A stretch of 63,819 nt of DNA, filler included, from Rhabdomonas costata (GCA_019059605.1; 42 parts of 42 records of this genome joined end to end with filler, not necessarily neighbours in it), one strand, 5' to 3'. Shown: positions 25,900 to 38,857, counted from the first letter of the whole stretch. Numbers and translations are program-made. The notes: generated by a model from the sequence alone, not told the origin.

Positions 25900-26974
25900 C
25901 CCGCGCACGCGCTCATACGCAGACATTCTGTCTTTCGGCGATTGGCCCGATACGCTTTTCTTCGATCCTGAAGCAGCTGCTTTGAAGCGGCAAGCGGCCC
26001 AGGAGCCCGCGCTAAACGCTTCGAGCGGAGGATGCGCGGATGTTGAAGCCCATGATCTGCGGGCGGGGAATTTATGCGAATATTGGTGAGACTGTTGACC
26101 ATTTGTGCACTACGCTGAGCCATCTTCGAACAGATTGTGGTGCTGAGGGACGTACTGCTGGCGAGTTTTGCACCCTGTTTCTCACAGGTTAGGATGTGGT
26201 GGAGGAAGCTCTGCAGCATCCCTGGGGAAGGTTTGGGAAAGGCGAGCATGATGTGTTTAAGGCGTAAAAGAATGAGGGAGGGGTGGTGTGAGGGCGTCCG
26301 CAGCTGCCAAGTGAGAGGTCAAGTTTGAGGCCCGTGGGAGCTTCACAGGAAAGTTCTGCTACTGTAGCCGTTTGGCAGTACCACGGACGCAGAAGGCCTC
26401 AATGTAGACCGTTAACCACCACAACTAGCTGCTTGATCAGATTTTGAAGAGACAACAGAATACATGCAGAATACATGTGGCGTTGTGTCAGAGAACGGCC
26501 TGACCAAGGCAAACGACGCGAACTTGCATTACCTGGTTGGTATTTAGATGCGACCGGCACGTCCTTACTGCATGGTATCCTTTTTGAGATGGGCACCATT
26601 GGTGCACACATACATATGCACTTTTTCAGTCCCGAGAAAATTATTCTTGATATTCGACTGAAGGGAAATGCATGGTGGGTGGGTTGTCTGCAGTCTGGGC
26701 CCGGGTGCGACTCAAAATTTCCACGGCGTGGTCTCGAGTGGTCCTCAAGATCAGCGCTGGGGTGGACACGGTTGCGCGGTGGTTGGGCCTCCCCGCGGTT
26801 GTTGTGCAGCGAGCCCGGGCCGCGGTGCATGCCCTGGCCTGCGAGATGAACCGCAGGGTGTTGGTTATCCTTAGGGCTGCGGGGAATGCAATCTGGCGCA
26901 CGGTATCCAACACCTTTCGCGGTGCTCTGGAGGATGGTGGTGGGGATACCGTACGTGAGTCAACGAGTCCTTAG
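25900..26974 (+). mobile_element. Possible decayed non-LTR retrotransposon 3' region
   Basis: Intron-less, stop- and frameshift-broken stretch with ICG...GETVDHLC (zinc-knuckle-like), followed by ERPD and IILDI and a helical tail, reminiscent of restriction-like endonuclease domains. Confidence 0.3.
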
Positions 26975-27394
26975 CCAGTTGTTTCGAGCTGCTAAGCAAA
27001 GTTCACCTAACCCCCTTACACCAAGATAAAGCCATTTTGAGAGCGTTAATTAAGCAAAGTTAATTTATCTATAAAAAAGGCAAGTTTTCGGTTACTTCTG
27101 AAAACGGTTACCACCCACCCCCAACTTCCGTTGTGTCCCTGTCACAGTATCCGAAATGCAGAATGAACCCACAGAGCGAGCAGCACTTAGTGATACCGAT
27201 TTATAGCTCAGTCAAACTCAACCCAGAGAAATGTGTATCGCGATGCCCCCGTCTGCTCCAGCAAGTAGAATGTGTGATTCCGAACAACCCCACANNNNNN
27301 NNNNNNNNNNNNNNNNNNNNNNNNNNNNNNNNNNNNNNTTAATTAATTAANNNNNNNNNNNNNNNNNNNNNNNNNNNNNNNNNNNNNNNNNNNN

Positions 27395-28115
27395 GGGGTG
27401 GGGGGTGGACACTCCCGTGGCTATTGAGATGAGGGACTCGGGCCTGGACTTGGTTTTGGCAGCGGACTGTGTTTATCCCGACGTTTCAGAGGTGTTGTTG
27501 TATTCTTGCATCGAAATTTTAGGATCCTGGGGTCTTCGGCTGTCACCCTTTTACAGCTAAACCAACGAAATGCCCACCGGAGACTCATTGCGTCTTCTGT
27601 TCGCTTTTCCGTATCGCTTTCTCATGGAGAGTTCCCTTTCTGTTGTGTGCCTGCTTTGTCGCTTTTAAGAAAAATGCACCCATGTTCCCACAATAATAAT
27701 CACACCGTCCTAGATGGGCAACTCAGTCTCCGTCAATCCTGATTCGTCGTCCCTTTTCGGACACAGGACAACCTTCTTAGCGACACTACGGAGACTTTTG
27801 TGAAGATTCTTGCCACGCTTTGCGGAGTGCCGGATACTGTCGTCGATTCCGGCAGCCAGGGGCCGGAGGACCAGGTTGACTGGAGGCCAGCTCAGCAAAT
27901 CGCCGAGGCAGCTCCCAATCCCTGTACTCTGTCGCGACAATGCATCGCGGGGCCTTGCGAGCTGGCCTCGGCGATTTGCTGAGCTGGCCAAAGGCCTCGG
28001 GGCGGAAGTTTGCCCGCTCAGCGTGCAGGGGCTTACGGCCGAGTTTCGTTTCACCCATGTCACACTGGTTGAGCTTCGGTGGCCTTTCCCGGCTGTTGCT
28101 CAAGCCAACCTCTGA
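27395..28115 (+). CDS. Methyltransf_16 (METTL21/EFM-type) lysine methyltransferase, C-terminal part (exons 27395-27491, 27767-28115), apparent frameshift near 27965
   Basis: WG...DLVLAADCVY is the family DxxY motif. It splices in phase to DNLLSDTTETFVKILATLCG. The C-terminus RRFAELAKGLGAEV...TLVELRW lies in a shifted frame. Confidence 0.7.
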
Positions 28116-30555
28116 GGTGTTGGTATGAATATTATTTGTTGTGGAAGGCTCACTCAGACTTGCTATTTTGCATTTCATTACTGTTTCAGCTGTGCGCAAT
28201 GCTGAGCTGAAATATTTCTTACCATTTGCTTGAGGGGGTGGTGTCTGCCGTCTGGGAATGACTTTCTAGGTCTAACCAGCCGTTTGACCTTTTGCTCCCA
28301 TTTCACGTGCCGGCCCTCAGTTTTCTGCGACCAAAAGGATTTTAATCCCTGCAGTTTGCGAGATGTTAAGTGAAAGTGCGGCGTTTTTGCATAGGTATGG
28401 AACACTCTTCCCGGAAATGATTCGCCCGTGTAAACCTAAAGGGGCCCAACCTTTCATTTCCCAAAATGCATAATTATCTTTGTGGTTTTGCGGTTGCTCC
28501 GCATGAAATCGAGCCTAACACGCTTTCAAATGCTAACGCCGCCGCCGCCGCGGCCGTTTGCAGGAACGGTTGCTGCACCCCGCCGAAATTTCCGGCGCCT
28601 GTTTATCGGACTGGGGGCGCCCACATTGCGGCAAAGGCGATTGCGAAGCGTCGGGCTAGGGCCTTGGCCAAAAAGAAACGGACAGAATAAGAAAAAGTCC
28701 GAACATACAAAACAACAAAGACGGGTCGGTGCACGCGCCCAGGGTGCCCGCGCGGGCCCGAGAAACCTAGGACCAGCGGGAACCATCAGTAAACAAAAAC
28801 AAAAGCACACAAAACCNNNNNNNNNNNNNNNNNNNNNNNNNNNNNNNNNNNNNNNNNNNNTTAATTAATTAANNNNNNNNNNNNNNNNNNNNNNNNNNNN
28901 NNNNNNNNNNNNNNNNTGTGTTTTTGAACGCTGCCCCAGTGCCCAAATAGTCGGTGTTAGTCCTCGCGTTGACGAGGTAAACCCAGTCAGGGGGAGCATG
29001 TGTTGAGAAAACACGGAGAGGAACTTACGATGCCGTTCCCGTTGCATGCGTAGTTACCGATAACATGAGGGGTAATTTTTGGTTTGCAGTTGCATCAAAA
29101 TGGAATTCACGAGAAAAAGATAGGGAAATCTCAGTCAAGGGGCGCTATTGTGCAGGAGAGGACACAATTTTTGAGGCAACTCAAGCTGTTTTCAAGAAAA
29201 AGAATGTTCCAAGCGCTGGCATTAACCTCCGATCAGGTTTCGAAGTAAAGTTTGGTTATTCTAAACATTGCGTTTTTGTTTTGTCAAACCTTGCCACCGT
29301 GAGAGACTTGCGTGTGCTTTATAAACCGGTTTGCGTGGACGTTCTAAACACGCACTCATGTAGAATAAGCAAACTCCGTTTTTCTGGTGCACGATAAGGC
29401 TCTTTCTTCACAACTTTTGAACTTCGTTAACTTTCGACGCCACCACCGTCAAGCACATCTGGAAGTCAAGAGGTCATGAGGAATTGTGCGATGACACTTT
29501 GATTTCTTGCACTCGGCAATGAACAGAATCACATCAAAAGTCTCTTCGTTTGATGCTCGTTTCAGGTAACCAAAACCTCAGTCCTTCGTTTCATTGTTCC
29601 TGTGTCTCTTTGGAGCTCTTCATTTCGGGACCAACATGAACAAACACCACAACACGAGTTTGACCACGTCCCTAAAGGGGCATTGCCCTGGCTCGGAATA
29701 AAGTGCATCTCATCGGTTCTGAACCATGCCCTAGCCTGTGGAATCGGTTTCTGGTGATAGGGTGAACTTTCGTGCGATTCGAGTTTGCTGCCTCGACCGG
29801 GGTTTAAACCCACGGTCGAGGCAGTGGGCAGAGGCGGTGCTGATAATGGACCTTTGGTGCTTAACTCAGCCACGCCCGTAAGCCTAAGGGTGTCCTGGTT
29901 GGAGCCGTGATGCTTTAAATAGTTTAGGTGTTCACGTAATAGACTTCGTCATTAAGGCAATGAACCAGGGCCCCTTCCCCAGTTCGCAGGGATAAAAGCG
30001 CGCCAAACAGCGCGTGCGCAAAGAGAGATATTCTTCTCTTCGGATTGCACGCCATCAACAACGTCAGCAGCATAGCCTCGATTCGGAGCTCGGTGACATC
30101 GCCGAAAAGAATTTTTTTTTAGCGTTGTACTAAAAACATGGAAACATCTACCACCGCTAATAAGCTGTTCCCTTGTCATGTTGTCATGGCGCTTCTTTTA
30201 TTTTTTGTCTTTTAAAGCAATGCCAAATTATTTTAGCCATTTTATATAATCTCGAAAAATGCCAAATAATGATACATAATTTTCCAAATTTTTTAAACCT
30301 TCGGCTTAGCCCTGTAGTACTTGATGCTTATAAAAACCNNNNNNNNNNNNNNNNNNNNNNNNNNNNNNNNNNNNNNNNNNNNTTAATTAATTAANNNNNN
30401 NNNNNNNNNNNNNNNNNNNNNNNNNNNNNNNNNNNNNNTGAAGGAATTCGGGGGGAGGGGGGAGATGACTAGAACATACGCCCATAGCAGTCGGATGGTG
30501 GTTTGGGTGTGTCTTTTCAATGGTATTGCCAGCGCTGTGGTTTCGTGCGTTGCAG

Positions 30556-31606
30556 GAAACCTCAGTGCAGCTGAAGGACTCCCTGATGCAGTCCGTGCAG
30601 ACCTCGCTGGAGAGCTTTGTGGGCTGTGCGGAGACCGCAGCAGACCAGCTGCAGGTCCACCTCAGGGCCAGTGGGGTGCTTCTGGGCGACGGCAGGGCCG
30701 CGGCGCAGTCCCCAGCGGCGGTGGCGCAGTTCCAGGAGGCCGTGTTTGGCATCGCCGCGGTCAGCCCCTGGATGCACCTGGCGAACCTCTCGCTCTTGGC
30801 GGATCTCCACGACGGGTGGGCCTGTTCCTGGCTCGTGGATTTTTTGACCAAGGCCCCCTTTCCATTTTTTTCAGGCCTAGAAACACTGTATGCCGACCCA
30901 GAATGGGCGTGGGCTTGCTCGTTGCCTATAGAGAAATGCTTTTTATCTGCACACGCGAAGCGCGTTGTGGAGGCCTGGGCTAAAGCAATGTTTTGTCTGT
31001 CGGTTGTGTCAAAAACTCGCTCTTTATCAAATTAATGCTTCTGCAAGTAGAAAAGGGTCTATGAGGAATCTGGCAGGATTCCTTCCAGGATCCTTCCAGG
31101 ATTCCAGGATGCCTTTGACATACTTTTGGTTCGTTCCTTGACCCCTAAATGCCTGGCTTCCTTGTTGTCGTATTCCCTACCCCCGTACCCTCGACAGGTC
31201 TGTCGTGACGCAGTCAGTGATTATTGGGTGGTCAAACATCGACATGCGCACCCAGAAGCTCGCCCGGACGCTCTTCAGTACCCCCCTGGTGGTGCAGCCC
31301 TTGCGCAACGTTACCACGGCGCTGCTCTGCCTGGCCAACATCACCACAGGCCAGACCGAGGACTGTTTTGCCAGCTTTGACCTGCCTTACCGCTCCCCTG
31401 CCCCGGCGCTGCCCCACCCAACCAACCAGAGCTGCGGGTGGGACACCACCCTCTCCTTCCTGCCCGTCTTTGGGATTCCAGACACCTCTCTGCGGTGCAC
31501 CATCCCCTTTTTGGACGGCCAGGCGATGTTCTCGCTGGAGATCTCGGTCAATATGTACACGGTCAGCGCAATGTTGCTGGGGCTGGTTCCCACGCCACAG
31601 GACCGG
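30556..31606 (+). CDS. Probable extracellular sensor (Cache-like) region of a receptor adenylate cyclase or similar sensor protein (exons 30556-30815, 31198-31606)
   Basis: Long GC3-rich exons joined in phase (GG|G). An N-terminal helix LKDSLMQSVQTSLESFV is followed by several N-x-S/T sequons and ends ISVNMYTVSAMLLGLVPTPQDR. Coding status is clear; function is inferred. Confidence 0.55.
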
Positions 31607-32332
31607 GTGCTGCTGAGCGATGACTTTTTTCCCTGATCTACGTCCTAACCGGCACTTGAGCGGGGGAGCTAGTTTAGAGCAGCTTTCCGGTCAGACATTT
31701 GTCCAGATAGAGGGGAGGCTGATATGGCCCTCGCCATCTCAAAAAATTAGGGGTAGACATACAAAGAGCACGCCGATAATAACCGTTAGCACCTCCAGGT
31801 AAAATCCAGTTTTTTACCGCCCTTTTTTTTTGAGATGGCGAGGGCCATATCACCCAACCCNNNNNNNNNNNNNNNNNNNNNNNNNNNNNNNNNNNNNNNN
31901 NNNNTTAATTAATTAANNNNNNNNNNNNNNNNNNNNNNNNNNNNNNNNNNNNNNNNNNNNGGGTTTTGTTATTTTGATTTTAGTTTAAGATTTTTAGAGG
32001 TTAGAATGGGGCAGGAGATGCAAATACGCGAAGGAAACGTGGTAAGAATTTCATAGCATGGTCCTCCGGCACAGGAAAAATGCAACCAGAACAAAGAAGA
32101 CTACAGAATATAAATAGGTCCGCGGACTGAAAAGGGCACGAACAAATGGGATAGCAAATTTCTGTTGAGGCTGAAGAAGTTGTCGTCAGGAAAGTGTGAA
32201 TGCCGGGTTCCTCAAGTCATGATGACCCCATGTAGTGAACGTTCACGGCGAGAGTAACCAACCATCACATACCACCGTGGCAGCCATTCTCGCACACCAA
32301 ATAGGGAACACATAGCACAAGCCCCATCATAC

Positions 32333-33382
32333 CTTCCTCGATGGACACTTGGGGGAAGTACCGCAGCAGCGCCGCCGTCTTGTTCATCGTCGTGGAGTAC
32401 CGGTCCACAAAGATGGGGTCGGAGTGCATCAGGGCCACCGTGGAGCTGGAGTTCGACAGTCGCACCACGGACTTGGCCTGAAGCGAGGCACAACAGAAAC
32501 CGCTTTTTGAGCAGTAGTAACAGTACAGAATGTCCAGGTCCAAAGGGCTTTGCAGAACAGAGCATGCAGATGGCAGGGGTGGAGGTGAGAAAACAACAGG
32601 CACAACAGATACGGCAGCGCCAAGCAAACGTGTCCCAAAGAGAGCTTAAGGTTCTGCTCATTTGGGCACATCAGTTACTATCGCAGCAGATTGTCGCTTC
32701 CTCTACTGGCGACGCCCGCAAGGCTCCAGGAGAACAATTTTCGAATTACCTTTTGTTCCATTCTTCAGTGGCTAGTGGCTGAACCGTTTTTTTGCGCATG
32801 GCGGTATGCACTGTATGCACCAAACAAGCAAACAACGAGAACCACGCAACGCGGATGCAAAAGGTGTTCGCAGACCACTTCAGCCAAGACGCTGCTGTGG
32901 CCTGAAGCCAGGTTATAGTCAATGTAGACTGAGGCCCGCACGCTGCTTAGACGTTTCTCCCGCAGCTGCTTCACGGCGAGCAGGACCCCGTTGGAAGCGT
33001 CGGTGTGGTACGTGAAATCTACCAGCTTGTGCCCGGAGACGAACAGGGGGCTCCCTGGCAGCAAAGCGATGAAAATAGGAAGTTAACTGCGTGCGCGTTT
33101 CTGCGTTCGATGAGGATAAGCAAAGACACATCTAGCAAGATCGGAGAGCGATGAGCGATGTATGAATATGGATAACACCCTGTGCCTGTACAAGCTTGAG
33201 GCAGATATTTTAAAAAAATATAAACTAGATGGGGTGAACAAAGGAATTTAACAAAAGAAAGGCAGAGAAGAAATACCAAAGCATGCAAAGAGTCAGAAAA
33301 CGCCGCACCTTCCAGGGCAGCCTGAGCGAAGTTGGGGATGACCCGGTCCACGTGGTCTTTGGGGCAACCGTAGACGTTGGAA
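32333..33382 (-). CDS. NAD-dependent NDP-sugar epimerase/dehydratase, C-terminal half (exons 33382-33309, 33054-32876, 32477-32333)
   Basis: SNVYGCPKDHVDRVIPNFAQAALEG|SPLFVSGHKLVDFTYHTDASNG...YNLASG...|AKSVV...LLRYFPQVSIEEG has the extended-SDR NVYG, DF, YN.G and P..S.EEG motifs; introns in phase. Confidence 0.88.
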
Positions 33383-33876
33383 NNNNNNNNNNNNNNNNNN
33401 NNNNNNNNNNNNNNNNNNNNNNNNNNTTAATTAATTAANNNNNNNNNNNNNNNNNNNNNNNNNNNNNNNNNNNNNNNNNNNNTGTTTGTGGTGAGGTGCA
33501 TGTCTAGCCAAAATGTTTTCGGCTATTGATTCCGCATTCTGAGTAGAAGGTTGGGCAGTCAGCCTTCAGTTATCGAGTAGAATAGTATTTGATGTGGCTG
33601 TTCTCACAGCAAAGCAGCGCAATTTTGCCAAACATTCATTCCCTCGCTTTTTTTGCTATTTCTTTTATTGCAAAGGGTTACAGTGTCCAGTAAGTGATTG
33701 TCAATGTGTGGTTAGGCTCGTTACTTTCTCAAAGAATGGACCCCACGATGCCCCTCAGCTACCACTGCGAACGTCCAATTTGGCAGAGGGCAGAAATTGA
33801 AATACAGCCAAAGCAATAAGCGTTGTCCCATGCTGGTCCATTCTCCAGTCCACTCGATGCCCACTGCCCCCCGCAG

Positions 33877-34902
33877 ATCGGATTTTTAATGAACAACCTC
33901 ATGGAGGCCAACCTGGATGCTACGGCGACAGAGATGAAGAAGTTTCTTCGACCGCAATACCTCTTCTTCCTGTCCCAGTACCTTGTTGTCAAGGTCGGAA
34001 CCCCTCTTCTCCGCTCCTGTTCTTTCACCGAATGTATTGGCCCTCTCCCTGCAAGCACTCTCTGCAGCGAGAGTTGGGGCTGGCTGCTTGGTTGTCAAGC
34101 CTTGTTCTCCTAAGTTGGTAAGATAACTTTAGGGGTGCTTTGGGGGGTTCGGGTTTCAGCGGGCCAGTTTGGAGCCCAACAATCACAAGTTGTATCTGGC
34201 CCTTGTCGAGAAGCTGATGATGAAGGACCTGGACAACTACGTCCTGCAGGTGACCTACAACAGTATCAAGGTAAGCCACCAGCCCGTCCCTCTTAAACTG
34301 TCGTACGCAAAGGTTTCTTTTTTTGCATTGGGGCTCGAATTTGGAACTTCGTTCGGTCTTATGTTTTTGCTTATGTATGATTCGACTCCTCGCCTGCAGT
34401 TCTCCTTCTCAGCAAGAAGAATGTGCAAGCTGCGTTTAGCCAGGAAATCGAATGAACCTTAACCAATGGCAGCTAGGGTGGGGGTGACCCTCCAAGAACC
34501 TCGTCTAGAACTCGTAGCTAGAAGTGTCAGCGCATCTAATAGCGTCACGCAAAAAATACTTTGATTTGATGTGCTTGCGAGTGGTTGTGGCTGTGTGAAA
34601 ATTCAGCGGCGGAGACAGCGCAAAAACCTTAAGGTATTTCTAAAAGTTGCTCAACCGAACGCTAAAATATCGGCGCCTTCTCAAAAATTCAAGAACATTT
34701 GTGCTTGAGTGTGCTTCTCAAAAATCGTAAAATTTTGTCCGACCCTTGTGGCTCGTTCATCGTCAGTTCTGTCCTTGGCAGGCCCTGCTGTCGTCAGAAA
34801 AGATTCGCACGTCCAGCAGTGAGCGCAGCCTGCTGAAGAACCTTGGGTCCTGGCTCGGCCACCTCACCATTGCTCGGAACAAGCCCCTGCTGACAAAAAA
34901 CC
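33877..34902 (+). CDS. NOT1: CCR4-NOT scaffold subunit NOT1, CAF1-binding MIF4G region (exons 33877-33993, 34160-34270, 34782-34902)
   Basis: IGFLMNNL...SQYLVVK|RASLEPNNHKLYL...TYNSIK|ALLSSEKIRTSSSERSLLKNLGSWLGHLTIARNKPL are the diagnostic CNOT1 motifs. Confidence 0.96.
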
Positions 34903-36903
34903 NNNNNNNNNNNNNNNNNNNNNNNNNNNNNNNNNNNNNNNNNNNNTTAATTAATTAANNNNNNNNNNNNNNNNNNNNNNNNNNNNNNNNNNNNNNNNNN
35001 NNGTGTGTGGGGGAGGAAAACAAAATCCCTGTGAAAAAAGTTTGGATTAGTGTGGATGAAAAGCAGTGCCATATCCTTTACCCCGATAACTTCAGTGGCT
35101 TTTGTACCGGACAGGGACAGGAGGTCAGAAACGTTTTTGTATGTCAGGGTGCGATTAATGGGCCAGTCTTTCAACCAAAGAGGGGATGGAAAAATACGCA
35201 AAACGTTCCTGCTTCATATCTGATGGACGATTGCGCAAGGCAAATTTGTATTCACATGTGTCAGGCCCTCTTGCGTCGGCGAGCGTCAGAGTCAACGAGA
35301 ATTCATCCTGAGATATTAAGCAAAACCCCGCAGAAATCCACACTTTGGGACGAACCAGTCTTAAACACGGCCGTTCAAACAGAGCTTTGCGTGGGTTCAC
35401 TACGTTTCACAGTTCACCACGGTTTGGAATCAAACGGGGTGGATTGAGAAATGTCATGCCCGTGGAAACCGCAAATCAGCTTTCCCCTCACGTTCATAGC
35501 CCACAGCATGTTGCCGACATGCACCATAAAATGGTTTCTTCGCAACCGTCCCAGTGTCGCTGAGGGCAGATGGTGTTGCGAAACGGGTTTGCATTCCCAA
35601 ATTACACAGAAGACAATCGGAGGGTTCAGTCTCACACCAGTGCACCACGAAGGGGCGAAAGAGGAAAGGTAAGGATTATATTCTGTGATTGGAATTCCGC
35701 AAAGGACTTTTTTACACCTAAACACAGACTCGCAGACACACAGACACACGGACACACGGACACCGCTTAGGTCTGAGGCTGAGTCGAGGAGTGCATGGCT
35801 TACGGCGGAGGAGTTCCTGCGGCCAAGCCCCGGGGACGGGGTGCGCAGACCAGAAACGTCGGCGGCGAGGCTTCCGTTGGGATCCGCGCGGCTGTGCAGG
35901 GCTTTGGAAGCAGCCCCGGTGTTGTGGTTCCCTTTTGGAGGTGGATACGTAAATACGGACACCGTTCTCATGTATTGGGGGAAAGTCACTGTAATATTCT
36001 ACAGAAATGTCCTGACGCGCTTCCAGAAACCATGACAACTTCTGCGCACGGAGACAAATGAGGTCTCAGGCGTGCCCGCACAAACGGGGTGCCAATAGTA
36101 CAAACGGCGCACCCCGCAAGCCTTAGTCAAGAAAAAAGATGTTTACATTTGTTTCTATACAAACTAACACAATCCCAAAAACGATACCTTCATCGGGCAT
36201 GCCCGCACAGACGGGATGCCAATAGTTCTCAAACATCCCGCGCCCGGCACAAAATACAACCTCATCAAGGCGAGGGAAGGGAAGGAATGTGCAATATTAC
36301 AAAGGAAGGTGGTGAACTGGGATTCTATCACGCAGAGTAAGTGATTCGGCAAATGAGGTGAAACAAGCACACCTGGTCTAACCGCGTTGCACTAGCCTTT
36401 TGCGCAAATCAACCCCCCCAAAACNNNNNNNNNNNNNNNNNNNNNNNNNNNNNNNNNNNNNNNNNNNNTTAATTAATTAANNNNNNNNNNNNNNNNNNNN
36501 NNNNNNNNNNNNNNNNNNNNNNNNCAAGGTCTTTTCCGTGAGCCCTCTAAGGTCTTAAGGTTGTATGCCCTCTAAGGTCTATTTTGGTTGTATGCGCGTG
36601 GTGCGCGTCAGTGGAAGTGTTTGCTGGTTTTGGGTTCCTGGTTTTGTTGGTGAATTTCCCCACATGCGAAACGCACACACGCACACGTCGCTCCCTCAGA
36701 GTGGCTTCCTAATGGCAGTATAGCTTGCCATCTGTGCACCCCATCCCTCCCCACTGCACCACCTTACGCTGTGCGCTCTGTGTGCGCCCGTGGGTGTAGG
36801 GGGGGGGACAACTTGACGGCTAGGGATGTGTGTGCAGCGGAACACAGCTTTTACAAGCTCACTTGCAGTAATGCATCTGACGAGAGAGAAGGAGGGAGGG
36901 GAC

Positions 36904-37125
36904 CTTAATCGTAACGTCTGCCCCGGCCTGCACAAGGGCCTCTGTGGTGCGCGGCATCTTGTGCAGCGCAGTGAGGTGGACAAGGGTGGAGCCCGTCTCC
37001 AGGTCCACCACGGTGTTGACCTCCATCACCTTCTCGGCGAGAGTGGGCCCCAGCAGCGCCACAGCGGAGCCGTCGTCATGGCTGGTGAGGAGGGCCACCT
37101 CAAAGGGCACCCGCCCCGCTTTGTT
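36904..37125 (-). CDS. Ankyrin-repeat protein exon (222 nt, phase 0-0), paralog of 2074-2295
   Basis: cag|AAC...AAG|gtc; 57 of 74 residues identical to the exon at 2074-2295, with the same length and splice positions. Confidence 0.8.
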
Positions 37126-38857
37126 CTGATAAGTGGTGGGTGATAAATAAGGGCAAAAAGCGTAACGCCGATGAGTACCTTCGCACGAAAGTGATGAAAG
37201 CCACGCAGTGGAGGCCTTGTTCTCTCCGCCCAAATTTCCTTCCAATTTCCTTTACCAGAAGATGGGTCTTATTCGCACAAATCCCCGTGCATCTCTCCCA
37301 TTGCAAAAACCATGTCCCAACTCACAGGCAGTGCAGCACCGATCTCCCATCCTGAGAGGCGGGGGATTGGTCTTAGCGGGAAGGGGACGAGGGGAAGTGC
37401 CTCCTCCCGCAGCACTTTTTGAGATTTTGGCAGCCGAAAATAATTCCCACGATCTGTTTATTCGGTGTTTCTAGTCCGAGATTCTTATTATTTTTACACA
37501 CTGCTTACATTATTTTCATTTCAGTTGCTTGTTTGCTTTTCCTGCTAAGGGTTTTCCTCAATGCGCAGGCGCAGTTAGAATGAAAAAATGCATCACAGAG
37601 CACACGTAAACCACGTGGTGGACCACAAAGTCATTTTGTTTTGGGCAGCAAAGAGGCGCGGCAGCGAGACCAACAAAAATCCGCCTCCCACCTCACCCTT
37701 TTGAGGGTCACTCACCCTCTGAAGGGCCACCCAAAGGTCGACAACTGGATTCCGGCAAATTGTTCATTGCGAAACAGAGAGTTGCTGAGCCGTTTCCAAG
37801 AAGCTGGCGTTTTGGACTGACAGGGCTTCGAAGCAGCAGGAGAGAGCACCTGGTAACCTGTTTCACTGTGTAGTACTTGACAGACTAAACTTGACAAAAC
37901 TTGTGCCTAGATTTGTCAAGTTTAGTCCGTCAAGTACCACACAAANNNNNNNNNNNNNNNNNNNNNNNNNNNNNNNNNNNNNNNNNNNNTTAATTAATTA
38001 ANNNNNNNNNNNNNNNNNNNNNNNNNNNNNNNNNNNNNNNNNNNNTGCTTTGTCAGCTTTGGTATTCGCTGACAGGAAGAATGCTTGTGGTGGGGTGTTT
38101 CTTTTTTGGGTTAATCTCATGGAGCACGAGGACACGAGAGCAGTTCATAGATGGAAGGGAAGGTTCATGTGGGAAGTTGCCGGGGATAATTTAGCGGCAT
38201 GATGGATGACCCAACGGGGCCAATCTATTTCACTGAAAACGTTACTGTAAGTTAGCGGGAAGAGAAACCACTCAAGGGCTATAGAGTTGGTGGAACAAAA
38301 CATTTCGGGGATCAATTTTTGGGTTCTCAGCAAGTCCAACGTACAGGAGTACAAGTGTACAATGTAAAACTGTACAAGAGACCAAGAGGGAACTTCCACA
38401 GAACTGACGAAGCGAATGATGGGCAGTTGGTAAGCAAACGGCAGACGAACCAAATTCCCCACCGCAGTGCGGGCCACTGGCCACGCTGTGAGGCAGCAGG
38501 AAGTGAGAGTCCTGGGGTGGACGAGAGCAGACCCAAAGCTGCGACATTTCCGAGGAGCGAGGTGCGAGAAGCAACATGAAGTCACCGAGAGCTGAGAACA
38601 AAAAATACGTCTTTTTCACCATTCAAAAAAGTCAGGAGTCCTTCCCTCTTCCCTTTATCGGATACCTTGCTGCGCTGATCCCTTTCTGCTCCCGACCGCT
38701 CCCCACTGTAGATGCATTCTGCCATTCTTAGTCAGGAGTACTGTTCTTGTGTTTCTACTGCCTGTGCCATTGCTGTCACACTAAAACCTGATGCCGAAAA
38801 GCCACAAATTGCAGCTTCGTTCTGTTGACCACACTTGGACAGTTTTTTGGGGCATTA

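Noticed and set aside
35414..35989. 191-aa minus-strand ORF with a Ser/Ala-rich middle
   Set aside because: May contain an exon ending near 35762, but no clear acceptor, partner exon or motif could be established.
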